A DNA stretch of 64,000 nt from an uncultured bacterium (lineage in GTDB: Bacteria > Fermentibacterota > Fermentibacteria > Fermentibacterales > JCC-6), in the NCBI GenBank assembly GCA_964423505.1, contig CAYREX010000003.1, forward strand, positions 152,207 through 216,206, read 5' to 3'. Positions 18,650 to 27,319 of this stretch are shown here, piece by piece. Under the pieces are notes generated by a model, which saw nothing but the letters and a program-made list of their open reading frames with translations, ran no database searches and was not told the DNA's origin. The stretch's first letter is position 1, and every line of letters begins with the position of its first letter. The position numbers were made by a program, and so were the translations under genes.

Positions 18650-19699
18650 ATGAACGGAAGCAAGCCCACTGGAATGTCCTGCACCATGGCCATCATCGCC
18701 CTGCACCTCCTCACGGCCCCAGCCCTGAGGGCGCAGGCCGGTGAGGACTCGACGGACGCCAACATGACCCACTGGGGGGAGTTCCAGGAGACCGACGACC
18801 CCACGGACCCCTCGTTCGGCATGGCGAACCCGGGCTTGGCGCTGCCTCCGCCTCCGAACGACTCCATCGTCCGCGTCGAGCTGCCGGTCCACGAGGGTCC
18901 CCTGACCGGGATGCGCTTCGTCGAGGTCCCGGCAGGCAGCTTCATGATGGGCTCCCTTCCCTGGGAGGAGGAGCAGTACCCGCGCTTCGAGACCCCACGT
19001 CACGAGGTGACCTTCGAGGAGCCCTTCCAGATAATGAACACCGAGGTCACCCAGCAGATGTGGACCGAGGTGATGGGCACGACCGTCCACGACATGATGC
19101 TGGCCCACCGGGGCGACACGCTGCCGGTAGGATGCAACTACATCCAGCACGGGTGCACGTGCGGCAGCCCGGACATCATGATACTGGGCGAGGGGCCGGA
19201 CTACCCCATGTACTACGTGGACTACCAGGACTGCCTGGACTTCGTGGACAGCCTGAACGCCATTGACTCGCACTACGTGTACTCGCTGCCCTCGGAGGCA
19301 CAGTGGGAGTACGCCTGCAAGGCCGGCTACGACCATCAGTACCAGGTGGGCAACTTCCACGAGGACCTGCTCCGGGTGGCCTGGATACTGGAGAACTGCG
19401 ACTTCTCCACGCAGCCGGTGGCCCAGCTGGAGCCGAACGCATGGGGGCTCCACGACATGCTTGGGAACGTACTCGAGTGGTGTGCGGACACCTGGCACGA
19501 GGACTACGAGGGCGCTCCGACCGACGGCTCCGCATGGATGGACGGAGGCTACCCCTGGCACGTCCGCAGGGGCGGTTGCTGGCGCGGCCACCACGGGGGC
19601 TGCAGGGCGTCGGCCAGGGTCTGGCGGAAGCAGCGGCTCACCGGCAACTGGCTCGGTTTCAGGCTGGTGAGGACTCCGGTGGCCAGCGAAGCCGAGTAG
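18650..19699 (+). CDS. secreted FGE-sulfatase (SUMF1/DUF323) domain protein
   Basis: Signal peptide, FVEVPAGSFMMGS, HEVTFEEPFQIM.TEVTQ, YSLPSEAQWEYACKAG, GLHDMLGNVLEWC, VRRGGCW and GFRLVR. Confidence 0.8.
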   Translation: MNGSKPTGMSCTMAIIALHLLTAPALRAQAGEDSTDANMTHWGEFQETDDPTDPSFGMANPGLALPPPPNDSIVRVELPVHEGPLTGMRFVEVPAGSFMMGSLPWEEEQYPRFETPRHEVTFEEPFQIMNTEVTQQMWTEVMGTTVHDMMLAHRGDTLPVGCNYIQHGCTCGSPDIMILGEGPDYPMYYVDYQDCLDFVDSLNAIDSHYVYSLPSEAQWEYACKAGYDHQYQVGNFHEDLLRVAWILENCDFSTQPVAQLEPNAWGLHDMLGNVLEWCADTWHEDYEGAPTDGSAWMDGGYPWHVRRGGCWRGHHGGCRASARVWRKQRLTGNWLGFRLVRTPVASEAE

Positions 19700-19757
19700 C
19701 CGCGCCCGTCAGCTCCGAGGGCGGGGGAGCCGCCCGGCTTGTATATTCCTCCCTCGC

Positions 19758-22700
19758 ATGCCCGCCGCCCGGAGAGGCCGGCCGGCTCGACCCGCGCCCG
19801 AGGACGATGACGTACCTGGAGGCAACGTGAGGATAGGCATAGACCTGGGCTCCGTCAGCGCCAAGATAGCGGTCCTGGACGGGGAGGGCCGCATATCGGA
19901 GGAGCTGTACAGGCGTCATCACGGCAGGCCCTCGGAGACCCTGGCCGAGATGCTGACGGACCTCGAGGGCTGGGCCGGGGCCGAGGCTGCCTTCACGGGC
20001 AGCGCGAGCCGCCTCGCCGCGTCCGTCGCCGGGGTTACCCCTGTAAACGAGGTGGTGGCGCTCGCCGCAGCGGTCCCGAGGCTCTGTCCCGGCGTCAGGT
20101 CGGTGGTCGAGATGGGCGGACAGGACTCCAAGCTCCTCCTGTTCAGGGAGGCGGAGGGCTGCAGCGTCTTCGACGACTTCTCGATGAACACCGTATGCGC
20201 CGCAGGTACCGGCTCCTTCCTCGACCAGCAGGCCACCCGCCTCGGCCTGAGACCGGAGGAGCTGGGAGAGCTGGCGCTGCAGTGCCCGGAGCCGCCGCGG
20301 ATTGCCGGCAGGTGCAGCGTGTTCGCCAAGTCGGACATGATACACCTCCAGCAGATAGGAACGCCGGTCTCGCACATAGTAGCCGGTCTCTGCTTCGCGG
20401 TGGCCCGCAACTTCAGGAGCTCCATAGCCTCGGGAAGGGAGTTCCGCCCCCCGGTGGCGTTCGTTGGAGGGGTGGCCGCCAACCCGGGCATGGTAAGGGC
20501 CTTCCGGGAGACCCTGGGCAGCGGCTACACCGAGATGGTGGTGCCAGGCCGGTTCAGGACCCTGACCGCGGCCGGCGCGGTGTTCGCCGCAGGCACCGGG
20601 GGCACCGCCCTGCTCGAGGAGGGCTTCACGCTGGGGCTGCTGGAGGCCGCCGGCCGGAGGAGAGTCTCCGGGGGCCAGCCGCCCCTCTCGGCCGGCTCCG
20701 CCGGCGAGACGCCGCCGGCGGAGACCGACGACGACGGCGGGCCGGTGCTCCTGGGGATAGACGTGGGCTCGATAAGCACCAACCTGGTGGCCCTGTCGGC
20801 AGGCAGCGGCAGGGTGGCGGCGGCGGAGTACCTCATGACCGCCGGCAGGCCGCTGGAGGCGGTCAGGACCGGCCTGGCCCGACTGAGCAGGACGCTGGGG
20901 CCGGACCGGGAGGTCCTGGCGGCGGGGACCACCGGCTCCGGCAGGTACATGACGGCCGACTTCGTCGGCGCGGACGTGGTCCGCAACGAGATAACGGCGC
21001 AGGCGAGGGCGGCACTCGAGATAGACCCCGGGGTGGACACCGTCTTCGAGATAGGGGGGCAGGACTCCAAGTACATCTCCCTGGAGGAGGGCAGGGTGGT
21101 GGACTTCGAGATGAACAAGGTATGCGCAGCCGGTACCGGCTCCTTCCTCGAGGAGCAGGCGGAGCGGCTCGGCCTCGACATCAGGGAGTTCGGCCCGACA
21201 GCCCTGGAATCGCCCTCTCCCGCGAGGCTGGGCGACCGCTGCACCGTCTTCATGGAGAGCGACGTCATCTCCCACCAGGCCGACGGCGCGGATACCGGTT
21301 CGCTGGTCGCCGGACTCTGCTACTCCATTGTGCGCAACTACCTGCACAGGGTGGTCGGCGACAGGAGGGTCGGGGAGAGGATCCTCTTCCAGGGGGGGAC
21401 CGCCTGGAACAGGGGGGTGGTGGCCGCCTTCGACGCGGTCCTCGGGGAGAGGAAGGTGACGGTCCCGCCGTTCCACCATGTCACCGGTGCGATAGGAGCA
21501 GCGCTGCTGGCGGGGGAGCGGGCGGGGAAGGGCCCATCCTCCTTCAGGGGATTCGGGCTTGCCGGGGAGAGCTTCGTGCAGGACACGTTCACGTGCAGCG
21601 CCTGCCCCAATATGTGCGAGATACACAGGGTGACCCTGCGGGACGGGCGGAGGCTGACCTACGGCGGCAGGTGCGAGCGCTACGAGACCGGCGCCCCCGG
21701 CGGGGAGGAGGGTGGCCCGCCGGGAAGGAACTGCTTCCCCGAGAGGACCGGGCTGCTCCTCGGCGACTACGAGGAGAGGCCCCGGAGGGAGGGCAGGCCG
21801 AGGATCGGAATACCCCGGATGCTCTGGTTCTGGGAGCTCTTCCCGTTCTTCAGGACTTTCTTCGAGGAGTGCGGCATGGACGTGGTCCTCTCCGGCCCGA
21901 GCACCAGCTCCCTGGTCCATTCCGGAGTCGAGAGCGTATCCGCGGAGACCTGCTTCCCGCTGAAGCTGGGCCACGGACACGTCCAGGACCTGCTGGCGAG
22001 GGACGTCGACGCGGTCTTCCTCCCCTCCATACTCAGGTCCTTCCCGGCAGGCGGCTTCTCCGAGTCCTACAACTGCCCCTACGTCGAGGGCTCGCCCTAC
22101 GTCATCGACGCCGGACTCGGCCTGAGCGACGGGGAGGAGACCGACGTGCTCTCCCCGGTGATCGACCTCTCGCTGCCCGGCAGGGAGTGGAGGACCGCCC
22201 TCGTCGAGACGGTCGCCCCGCTCGGGGTCCCGGCCAGGGCCGCCGAGAGGGCCGCCGACGCAGCCAGGGGGAGCCTGGAGCGCTTCCGCGCGGAGCTGGC
22301 GGCCCTCGGCGCCGACGCAATCGCATCCGCCGCCCCGGACCAGCCGGTGCTGGTGATGCTCAGCAGGCCGTACAACGGCTCGGACGACGCCCTCAACGCC
22401 GGGCTGCCGGAGAAGCTGGCCAGGCTGGGGAACGTGGTCGTGCCCACCGACTGCCTGGACCTGCCCCTGGAGCGGGCGGCGGAGGTCCACGAGAACATGT
22501 ACTGGCAGTACGGACAGCGGATACTCGCCGCCGCCATCGCCGTCAGGGAGGACCCGGCGCTCAGCGGCGTCTACCTCACCAACTTCGGTTGCGGGCCGGA
22601 CTCCTTCATCCAGCACGAGGTGGACATGGTCATGGGCGGGAAACCCATGTTGACCATCGAGATAGACGAGCATGCGGCGGACGCCGGGGTGATAACCCGC

Positions 22701-24035
22701 TGCGAGGCGTTCATGGACGCCATAAGGGGCAGGAGGAGCAGCGGCACCTCCCCCTTCAGCGGCACGCTGGGCAACAGGGACGTGGAGCTCGGGGGCAGGA
22801 CGGTCTGGGTACCGAACCTGGGCGACGGGACCCCGATAGCCGCCGCCGCGGCGAGGAGGCTGGGCGTGGATGCGAGGCCCATCCCGGAGACGACGAAGGA
22901 GGCCGTCGCCCTCGGCCGGGAGGTGACCACCGGACGGGAGTGCTACCCGGCCATAATCACCGCCGGGAACATGCTGGAGGTCCTCCGGCGGAATCCCGAG
23001 GAGGAGGTAGCCTTCTTCATGGCCACCGCCTCGGGCCCGTGCCGGTTCGGCCAGTACTGCAGCTATCACCGGATTCTCCTGGACAGGCTCGGCTACACGG
23101 ACGTGCCCATAATCACCGCGTCGTCGCGTGACTCGTACACCAGCGTGAAGTGCCTCTCCTCGCTCTCCTTCCAGGTCGACCTGCTCAGATCCATAATCGC
23201 CGCCGACACCCTCCACAGGGCGCTCTACAGGGTCAGGCCCTACGAGAGGGAGGCCGGAGCCGCCGACCGGGTCTACGCAGAGGCCCTCGCGGCTCTCGAG
23301 AGGGCTATGGAGAGCGGCTCCTCTCCGACCCCGGTGATGAGGAGGGCCGCGGAGGAGATGTCCGCCATTCCGAGGGACGATGTCCCCAGGCCGCTCGTGC
23401 TGCTCTTCGGCGAGATCTACGTCAGGAACGACCCCTTCGCCCACTCCTGGACCGACCGGCGCATAGAGGAGCTGGGCGGGGAGGTCCTCTTCACCCAGGT
23501 GCTGGAGTGGTTCGAGTTCGTCAACCACACGTTCATGGCCAGGGCCAGGGCGAGGCGGAGGATAGGGGACCTGCTGAAGGGGTTCGCCAGGGGGAGGATG
23601 ATGGCCGCCGTCAGGAGGAGGCTCGAAGCCCCGTTCGCGGAGCTGCTGGCGGACCGCCCGGGCCCGGAGCCGGGAGAGATACTGGAGGCGGCCGGACCCT
23701 ACATGCCGGAGAACGTCGGCGGGGAGGCCATCCTCTGCGTGGGCGCCCCCCTGGCGCTCGCCGGGAGGGGAGCCATAAGCGGCGCGGTGAACCTCTTCCC
23801 CTTCACCTGCCTCCCGGGGACCATAGTCTCCGCCGTCAGCAAGCGCCTGCGGAGGGAGCACGGCGGCCTGCCGTGGCTCAACCTGGCCTTCGACGGCCAG
23901 GAGGATACGGACAATGGCACGCGGCTCGAGGCCTTCATGTACCAGGTGAGGGAGGGCCGTGCCGAGCGCGGGACCGCCGCCGGATGCGCACGAGTCCGCG
24001 GCAGGGCCCTGGAGAGGGAGACCAGCAGTGGATGA
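19758..24035 (+). CDS. fused double BcrAD/BadFG-type ATPase (CoA-enzyme activase-like) plus dehydratase-like C-terminal domains
   Basis: Two ATPase modules (IGIDLGSVSAKIAV..EMGGQDSK..NTVCAAGTGSFLDQQA and LGIDVGSISTNLVA..EIGGQDSKYI..NKVCAAGTGSFLEEQA), CSACPNMCE, then ~800 aa with YNCPYV and NFGCGPDSF motifs. An alternative GTG start at 19827 follows GGAGG. Confidence 0.8.
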   Translation: MPAARRGRPARPAPEDDDVPGGNVRIGIDLGSVSAKIAVLDGEGRISEELYRRHHGRPSETLAEMLTDLEGWAGAEAAFTGSASRLAASVAGVTPVNEVVALAAAVPRLCPGVRSVVEMGGQDSKLLLFREAEGCSVFDDFSMNTVCAAGTGSFLDQQATRLGLRPEELGELALQCPEPPRIAGRCSVFAKSDMIHLQQIGTPVSHIVAGLCFAVARNFRSSIASGREFRPPVAFVGGVAANPGMVRAFRETLGSGYTEMVVPGRFRTLTAAGAVFAAGTGGTALLEEGFTLGLLEAAGRRRVSGGQPPLSAGSAGETPPAETDDDGGPVLLGIDVGSISTNLVALSAGSGRVAAAEYLMTAGRPLEAVRTGLARLSRTLGPDREVLAAGTTGSGRYMTADFVGADVVRNEITAQARAALEIDPGVDTVFEIGGQDSKYISLEEGRVVDFEMNKVCAAGTGSFLEEQAERLGLDIREFGPTALESPSPARLGDRCTVFMESDVISHQADGADTGSLVAGLCYSIVRNYLHRVVGDRRVGERILFQGGTAWNRGVVAAFDAVLGERKVTVPPFHHVTGAIGAALLAGERAGKGPSSFRGFGLAGESFVQDTFTCSACPNMCEIHRVTLRDGRRLTYGGRCERYETGAPGGEEGGPPGRNCFPERTGLLLGDYEERPRREGRPRIGIPRMLWFWELFPFFRTFFEECGMDVVLSGPSTSSLVHSGVESVSAETCFPLKLGHGHVQDLLARDVDAVFLPSILRSFPAGGFSESYNCPYVEGSPYVIDAGLGLSDGEETDVLSPVIDLSLPGREWRTALVETVAPLGVPARAAERAADAARGSLERFRAELAALGADAIASAAPDQPVLVMLSRPYNGSDDALNAGLPEKLARLGNVVVPTDCLDLPLERAAEVHENMYWQYGQRILAAAIAVREDPALSGVYLTNFGCGPDSFIQHEVDMVMGGKPMLTIEIDEHAADAGVITRCEAFMDAIRGRRSSGTSPFSGTLGNRDVELGGRTVWVPNLGDGTPIAAAAARRLGVDARPIPETTKEAVALGREVTTGRECYPAIITAGNMLEVLRRNPEEEVAFFMATASGPCRFGQYCSYHRILLDRLGYTDVPIITASSRDSYTSVKCLSSLSFQVDLLRSIIAADTLHRALYRVRPYEREAGAADRVYAEALAALERAMESGSSPTPVMRRAAEEMSAIPRDDVPRPLVLLFGEIYVRNDPFAHSWTDRRIEELGGEVLFTQVLEWFEFVNHTFMARARARRRIGDLLKGFARGRMMAAVRRRLEAPFAELLADRPGPEPGEILEAAGPYMPENVGGEAILCVGAPLALAGRGAISGAVNLFPFTCLPGTIVSAVSKRLRREHGGLPWLNLAFDGQEDTDNGTRLEAFMYQVREGRAERGTAAGCARVRGRALERETSSG

Positions 24036-25320
24036 CAAGGCGGCCACGGACGACCTCAGGAGCTTCCTCGACCACAGCCCGACCTCCAGGACCGCGGTGG
24101 ACAACCTGGTCCGGATGCTGGAGGACGGCGGCTTCGAGAAGCTGGACGAGGGGGAGCGCTGGGAGCCCCGACCGCTGCGCGGGTACTACGTGCGAAGGTC
24201 GGGCGGCTCCATCATCGCGTTCAGGGTCGGCGGGTCACCACCGGCCGAGTCCGGCTGCAGGATAGTCGGGGCCCACACCGACGCCCCGGGGTTCAGGCTG
24301 AAGCCGGGTCCCTTCAGGGGAGTCGGCGACATGGTCACCCTCCCGGTCGAGGTCTACGGCTCACCCATCCTCTCCACCTGGTTCGACAGGGACCTCTCGG
24401 TCGCCGGGGAGCTGGTGGTCGCCGGAGAGGGCGGTCTCCGCCCGGTACCTTTCGTATCCCGGAGGCCGGTCTGCCGGATGTGCACCCCGGCCATCCACCT
24501 GGAGCGGACCATCAACAAGGAGGGCTTCAAGGTGGACGCCGAGCGGCACACTCCGCTCCTCGTCTCGCTGGACGGCACCGGGCGGGAGCGGCTCATGGAG
24601 CTGGCCGCCTCGGAGGCCGGTGTCCCGCAGGAGGACGTCGCAGGCTGGTCGGTCCACCTCTGGGACCCGCAGCGTGCCGAGGTGGGCGGCCTGGACGGCA
24701 GCCTGCTGCTCTCCGGCAGGATAGACGACCTGACCATGTGCCACGCCGGTGTCGACGCTCTGCTCGCAACCTGTGACGGCGACCACACGGCGGTGGTGGC
24801 GCTGTTCGACAACGAGGAGATAGGCTCCAGGACCCGCTCGGGTGCCGGCTCGGAGATGCTCGCCTCCACGCTCGAGCGGCTGGCGGGCGACAGGGAAGGG
24901 TACATGCGCTGCCTGGCCGGGAGCATCCTCGTCTCCGCTGACGGCGCCCACGGCCTGCACCCGAACTACCAGGACAGGCACGACCCGTCGGTCAGGCCGC
25001 TACTCGGCGGCGGACCCGTCATCAAGGTAAGCGCGCAGGGGAAGTATACCTCCGACGGCCTCTCCTCGGCCTACTTCGAGCGCTGCGCGGAAGCGACCGG
25101 TGCGCCTGTTCAGTACTTCGTCGGCAGGAACGACATGCCCAGCGGCACCACCATAGGGCCGATAACCGCCGCCGGTACCGGGATGCTCAGCGTGGACGTC
25201 GGATGCGCCATGCTGTCGATGCACTCCGTCAGGGAGGCGGCTTCGACGAAGGACCAGCGCTGGATGCGGGACGCCCTTCTGGAGCACCTGGGGGGCGGCC
25301 CGGCCATGGTCCGGGACTAG
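24028..25320 (+). CDS. M18 family aminopeptidase
   Basis: GAHTDAPGFRLKP, STWFDRDL, FDNEEIGS, HGLHPNY, GPVIKV, PSGTTIGPI and MLSMHSVRE. The GTG at 24028 overlaps the stop of the upstream gene. Confidence 0.85.
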   Translation: MDDKAATDDLRSFLDHSPTSRTAVDNLVRMLEDGGFEKLDEGERWEPRPLRGYYVRRSGGSIIAFRVGGSPPAESGCRIVGAHTDAPGFRLKPGPFRGVGDMVTLPVEVYGSPILSTWFDRDLSVAGELVVAGEGGLRPVPFVSRRPVCRMCTPAIHLERTINKEGFKVDAERHTPLLVSLDGTGRERLMELAASEAGVPQEDVAGWSVHLWDPQRAEVGGLDGSLLLSGRIDDLTMCHAGVDALLATCDGDHTAVVALFDNEEIGSRTRSGAGSEMLASTLERLAGDREGYMRCLAGSILVSADGAHGLHPNYQDRHDPSVRPLLGGGPVIKVSAQGKYTSDGLSSAYFERCAEATGAPVQYFVGRNDMPSGTTIGPITAAGTGMLSVDVGCAMLSMHSVREAASTKDQRWMRDALLEHLGGGPAMVRD

Positions 25321-25330
25321 GACACCGGGG

Positions 25331-26029
25331 ATGCACCTCTCCGACGGCGTGATGCCGGTGCTCTTCTGGGTCTCCGGGTGGGGCCTGGCGGCATTCGGCG
25401 TCTGGCGCTCCGTACGGGCGCTGGACTCGGTGGCCGACCCTGCGGAGGTGGTTCCGAGGGCCGCGGTGCTGACCGGGCTCTTCTTCCTCGTCTCCCTGCC
25501 CCACTTCCCGGTGCCGCCCACCAGCTTCAGCCTTCTGCTCACCGGCCTCATGGGCGTAATGCTCGGCTGGCTGGCCCTGCCGGCCATAATGACCGGCCTC
25601 TTCCTGCAGGCGGCGATGTTCGGCCACGGCGGGCTCCTGGCCATCGGGGCGAACACGGTGATGCTCGGCTTCCCGGCGGTCATGGCCGGAAAGGTCTTCC
25701 ATGTGGTCAGGGACTCGATGACGGTGGACAGGAGGGACGCCGTGGCCGGCTTCATCGCCGGAGTCTCCGCGCCCATGGGCTCAGCGCTCCTGCAGCTGCT
25801 CTTCCTTGGCGCGGTACTGCCGCTGGCCGGCGTCTCCAGGGAGCTCGTGGGCAGCGTCTGGTGGCTGCCCCTGGCCTACCTGCCCGTCTCGGCGCTGGAG
25901 GGGGCGATAACCGCAGCCCTGGTGGTCTCCGTGCTGAGGGTGAGTCCCGGGCTGGTCCCCGGCCTGTCGGATGAGGCCGATGCCGCCGGGAAGCCCGGCC
26001 GGAGTGGGGCGGTCAGCGGCCGAAGCTGA
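25331..26029 (+). CDS. CbiM/NikM-family membrane protein (ECF-type substrate component-like)
   Basis: MHLSDGV N-terminus, FSLLLTGLMGVMLG and LQAAMFGHGGLLAIGANTVMLG. No cbiN/Q/O genes are adjacent. Confidence 0.65.
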   Translation: MHLSDGVMPVLFWVSGWGLAAFGVWRSVRALDSVADPAEVVPRAAVLTGLFFLVSLPHFPVPPTSFSLLLTGLMGVMLGWLALPAIMTGLFLQAAMFGHGGLLAIGANTVMLGFPAVMAGKVFHVVRDSMTVDRRDAVAGFIAGVSAPMGSALLQLLFLGAVLPLAGVSRELVGSVWWLPLAYLPVSALEGAITAALVVSVLRVSPGLVPGLSDEADAAGKPGRSGAVSGRS

Positions 26030-26369
26030 CCAGGCAGATGACGTTGCCGTCCGGGTCCCTGCAGTAGAGGTAGGTGTTGCCGAAAGCCTCTATCGGGTCT
26101 CCGATGACCTCCCCTCCGGCATCGAGGACCCGCTGGGCGGTCCGGGCCACCGAGTCCACGGATACCGCCACGGACATGTGCGGCTCCGTCGGGCAGTCGC
26201 CGGACCTGTAGACCGAGCTGTTCACCCCGAAGCCGCTCCCCGAGTCCATCCGCCAGCCGTCCGGCGGGTCGGGGAACTTCTCCACGCTCCATCCGAAGAC
26301 GTCGTCGTAGAAGCCGGTGAGGCGGTCCGGGTCGTCGGTCGCGTACTTGACGTGGATGATCCTGTTCAC
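26013..26369 (-). CDS. VOC/glyoxalase-family protein
   Basis: 119 aa from a GTG preceded by GAGGAGG: IIHVKYATDDPDRLTGFYDDVFGW...YCRDPDGNV. The remainder of ORF 26013..27212 is a shadow frame. Its 3' end overlaps the cbiM-like 3' end by 17 nt. Confidence 0.65.
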   Translation of the reverse strand: MNRIIHVKYATDDPDRLTGFYDDVFGWSVEKFPDPPDGWRMDSGSGFGVNSSVYRSGDCPTEPHMSVAVSVDSVARTAQRVLDAGGEVIGDPIEAFGNTYLYCRDPDGNVICLVSFGR

Positions 26370-26440
26370 GGCATCCTCCTCGGTCTGACCATATCGACGG
26401 CGGGAGGATAACCCTGCCCGGCTCCGGGGGTCAAGAAGGC

Positions 26441-27319
26441 CTAGAAGTCCATCCTGCGGAAACGGATGAAGCCGAGGAGCAGGACGACGCCGGCCCAGCC
26501 GGCGGCGTAGGCCAGCTGGAGGGGGGGGACCTCGGTCGCCACGCCGAAGAATGCCAGGTTCTCGGTCACCACCGCATCTGTGGGCATGAGCCCGTAGAGG
26601 ACTCCCCTGAAGCCCCTGTCGGCGGGGAAGAGCAGCATGACCACCCTGGTGATGGTGACCAGCGCCCCGGGAGCCTCGTCCGGTATGATCTTCATGACCT
26701 CCTGGATGCCGCCGAAGAGGGAGGCCACCCCGGAGAGGAAGAAGACTATCAGTATGGAGGCGACCTTCCGGACCAGGAGGGAGAGCGTGGTGACCGCCGC
26801 CCAGACGGCGCAGAGCCAGCAGAGCATCGACAGCAGCGCCAGCGGGAGGCTCCTGGGGGTGAAGGCGAAATGCAGCCTGGTTATCAGGCAGATGCCTCCG
26901 AAGAGGAGCACCGAGAGGAGCAGCGAGACCGTCAGCGGGGCGAGAGCGGTACCCAGGAAGACCCTGCCCCGGGAGGCCGGCAGGGAGAGCCAGAAGGGCA
27001 TCCTGCCCCTCGAGACCTCCTCCGGAAGCATGGAGGAGCCGATGATTATGGCGAGCGATGTGGCCAGCATCGCTGCCAGGGGAGCCGCTGCGGCGATGGC
27101 GCCCAGGGCGGCGTCCGCCGGCCTGAGCATGCTGACCATCATCTCCTCCTCCCGGTCCCACCTGGTCATCTCCCCCCTCTCGAAGGCGGACTCGGCTGCG
27201 GAGACCCCCCACCAGAAGAACCCCAGGAAGGCCAGCGCGGCCAGCCCGGCGGCGAGGACTATCTTCCGGCGCAGGAGGTGCTCCAGTCCGTTAAGCCACA
27301 TCGCCGCCCCCGTCGCCAT
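26441..27319 (-). CDS. ABC-2 type transporter permease
   Basis: Multi-span hydrophobic protein that overlaps the 3' end of the ATPase gene. An alternative ATG lies at 27301. Confidence 0.6.
   Translation of the reverse strand: MATGAAMWLNGLEHLLRRKIVLAAGLAALAFLGFFWWGVSAAESAFERGEMTRWDREEEMMVSMLRPADAALGAIAAAAPLAAMLATSLAIIIGSSMLPEEVSRGRMPFWLSLPASRGRVFLGTALAPLTVSLLLSVLLFGGICLITRLHFAFTPRSLPLALLSMLCWLCAVWAAVTTLSLLVRKVASILIVFFLSGVASLFGGIQEVMKIIPDEAPGALVTITRVVMLLFPADRGFRGVLYGLMPTDAVVTENLAFFGVATEVPPLQLAYAAGWAGVVLLLGFIRFRRMDF

Noticed and set aside
18650-19699. FGE-sulfatase/C-type-lectin-fold protein as the variable target of a diversity-generating retroelement
   Set aside because: This fold is a common DGR target. 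However, I see no reverse transcriptase, no accessory gene and no template-repeat copy of its 3' end anywhere in the window.
19659-24104. 1481-aa stop-free ORF on the minus strand
   Set aside because: It is exactly antisense to the 1425-aa activase-fusion gene. Its translation is Arg/Gly/Pro/Ala-rich low-complexity sequence with no recognisable motif. The plus-strand frame carries clear ATPase motifs. This is the typical shadow ORF of a GC-rich genome.
26370-27212. Upstream part of the 399-aa ORF 26013..27212
   Set aside because: Only the last 119 codons (the VOC fold, from the GTG at 26369 with a GAGGAGG SD) look like a protein. The remainder overlaps the ABC-2 permease gene in another frame.
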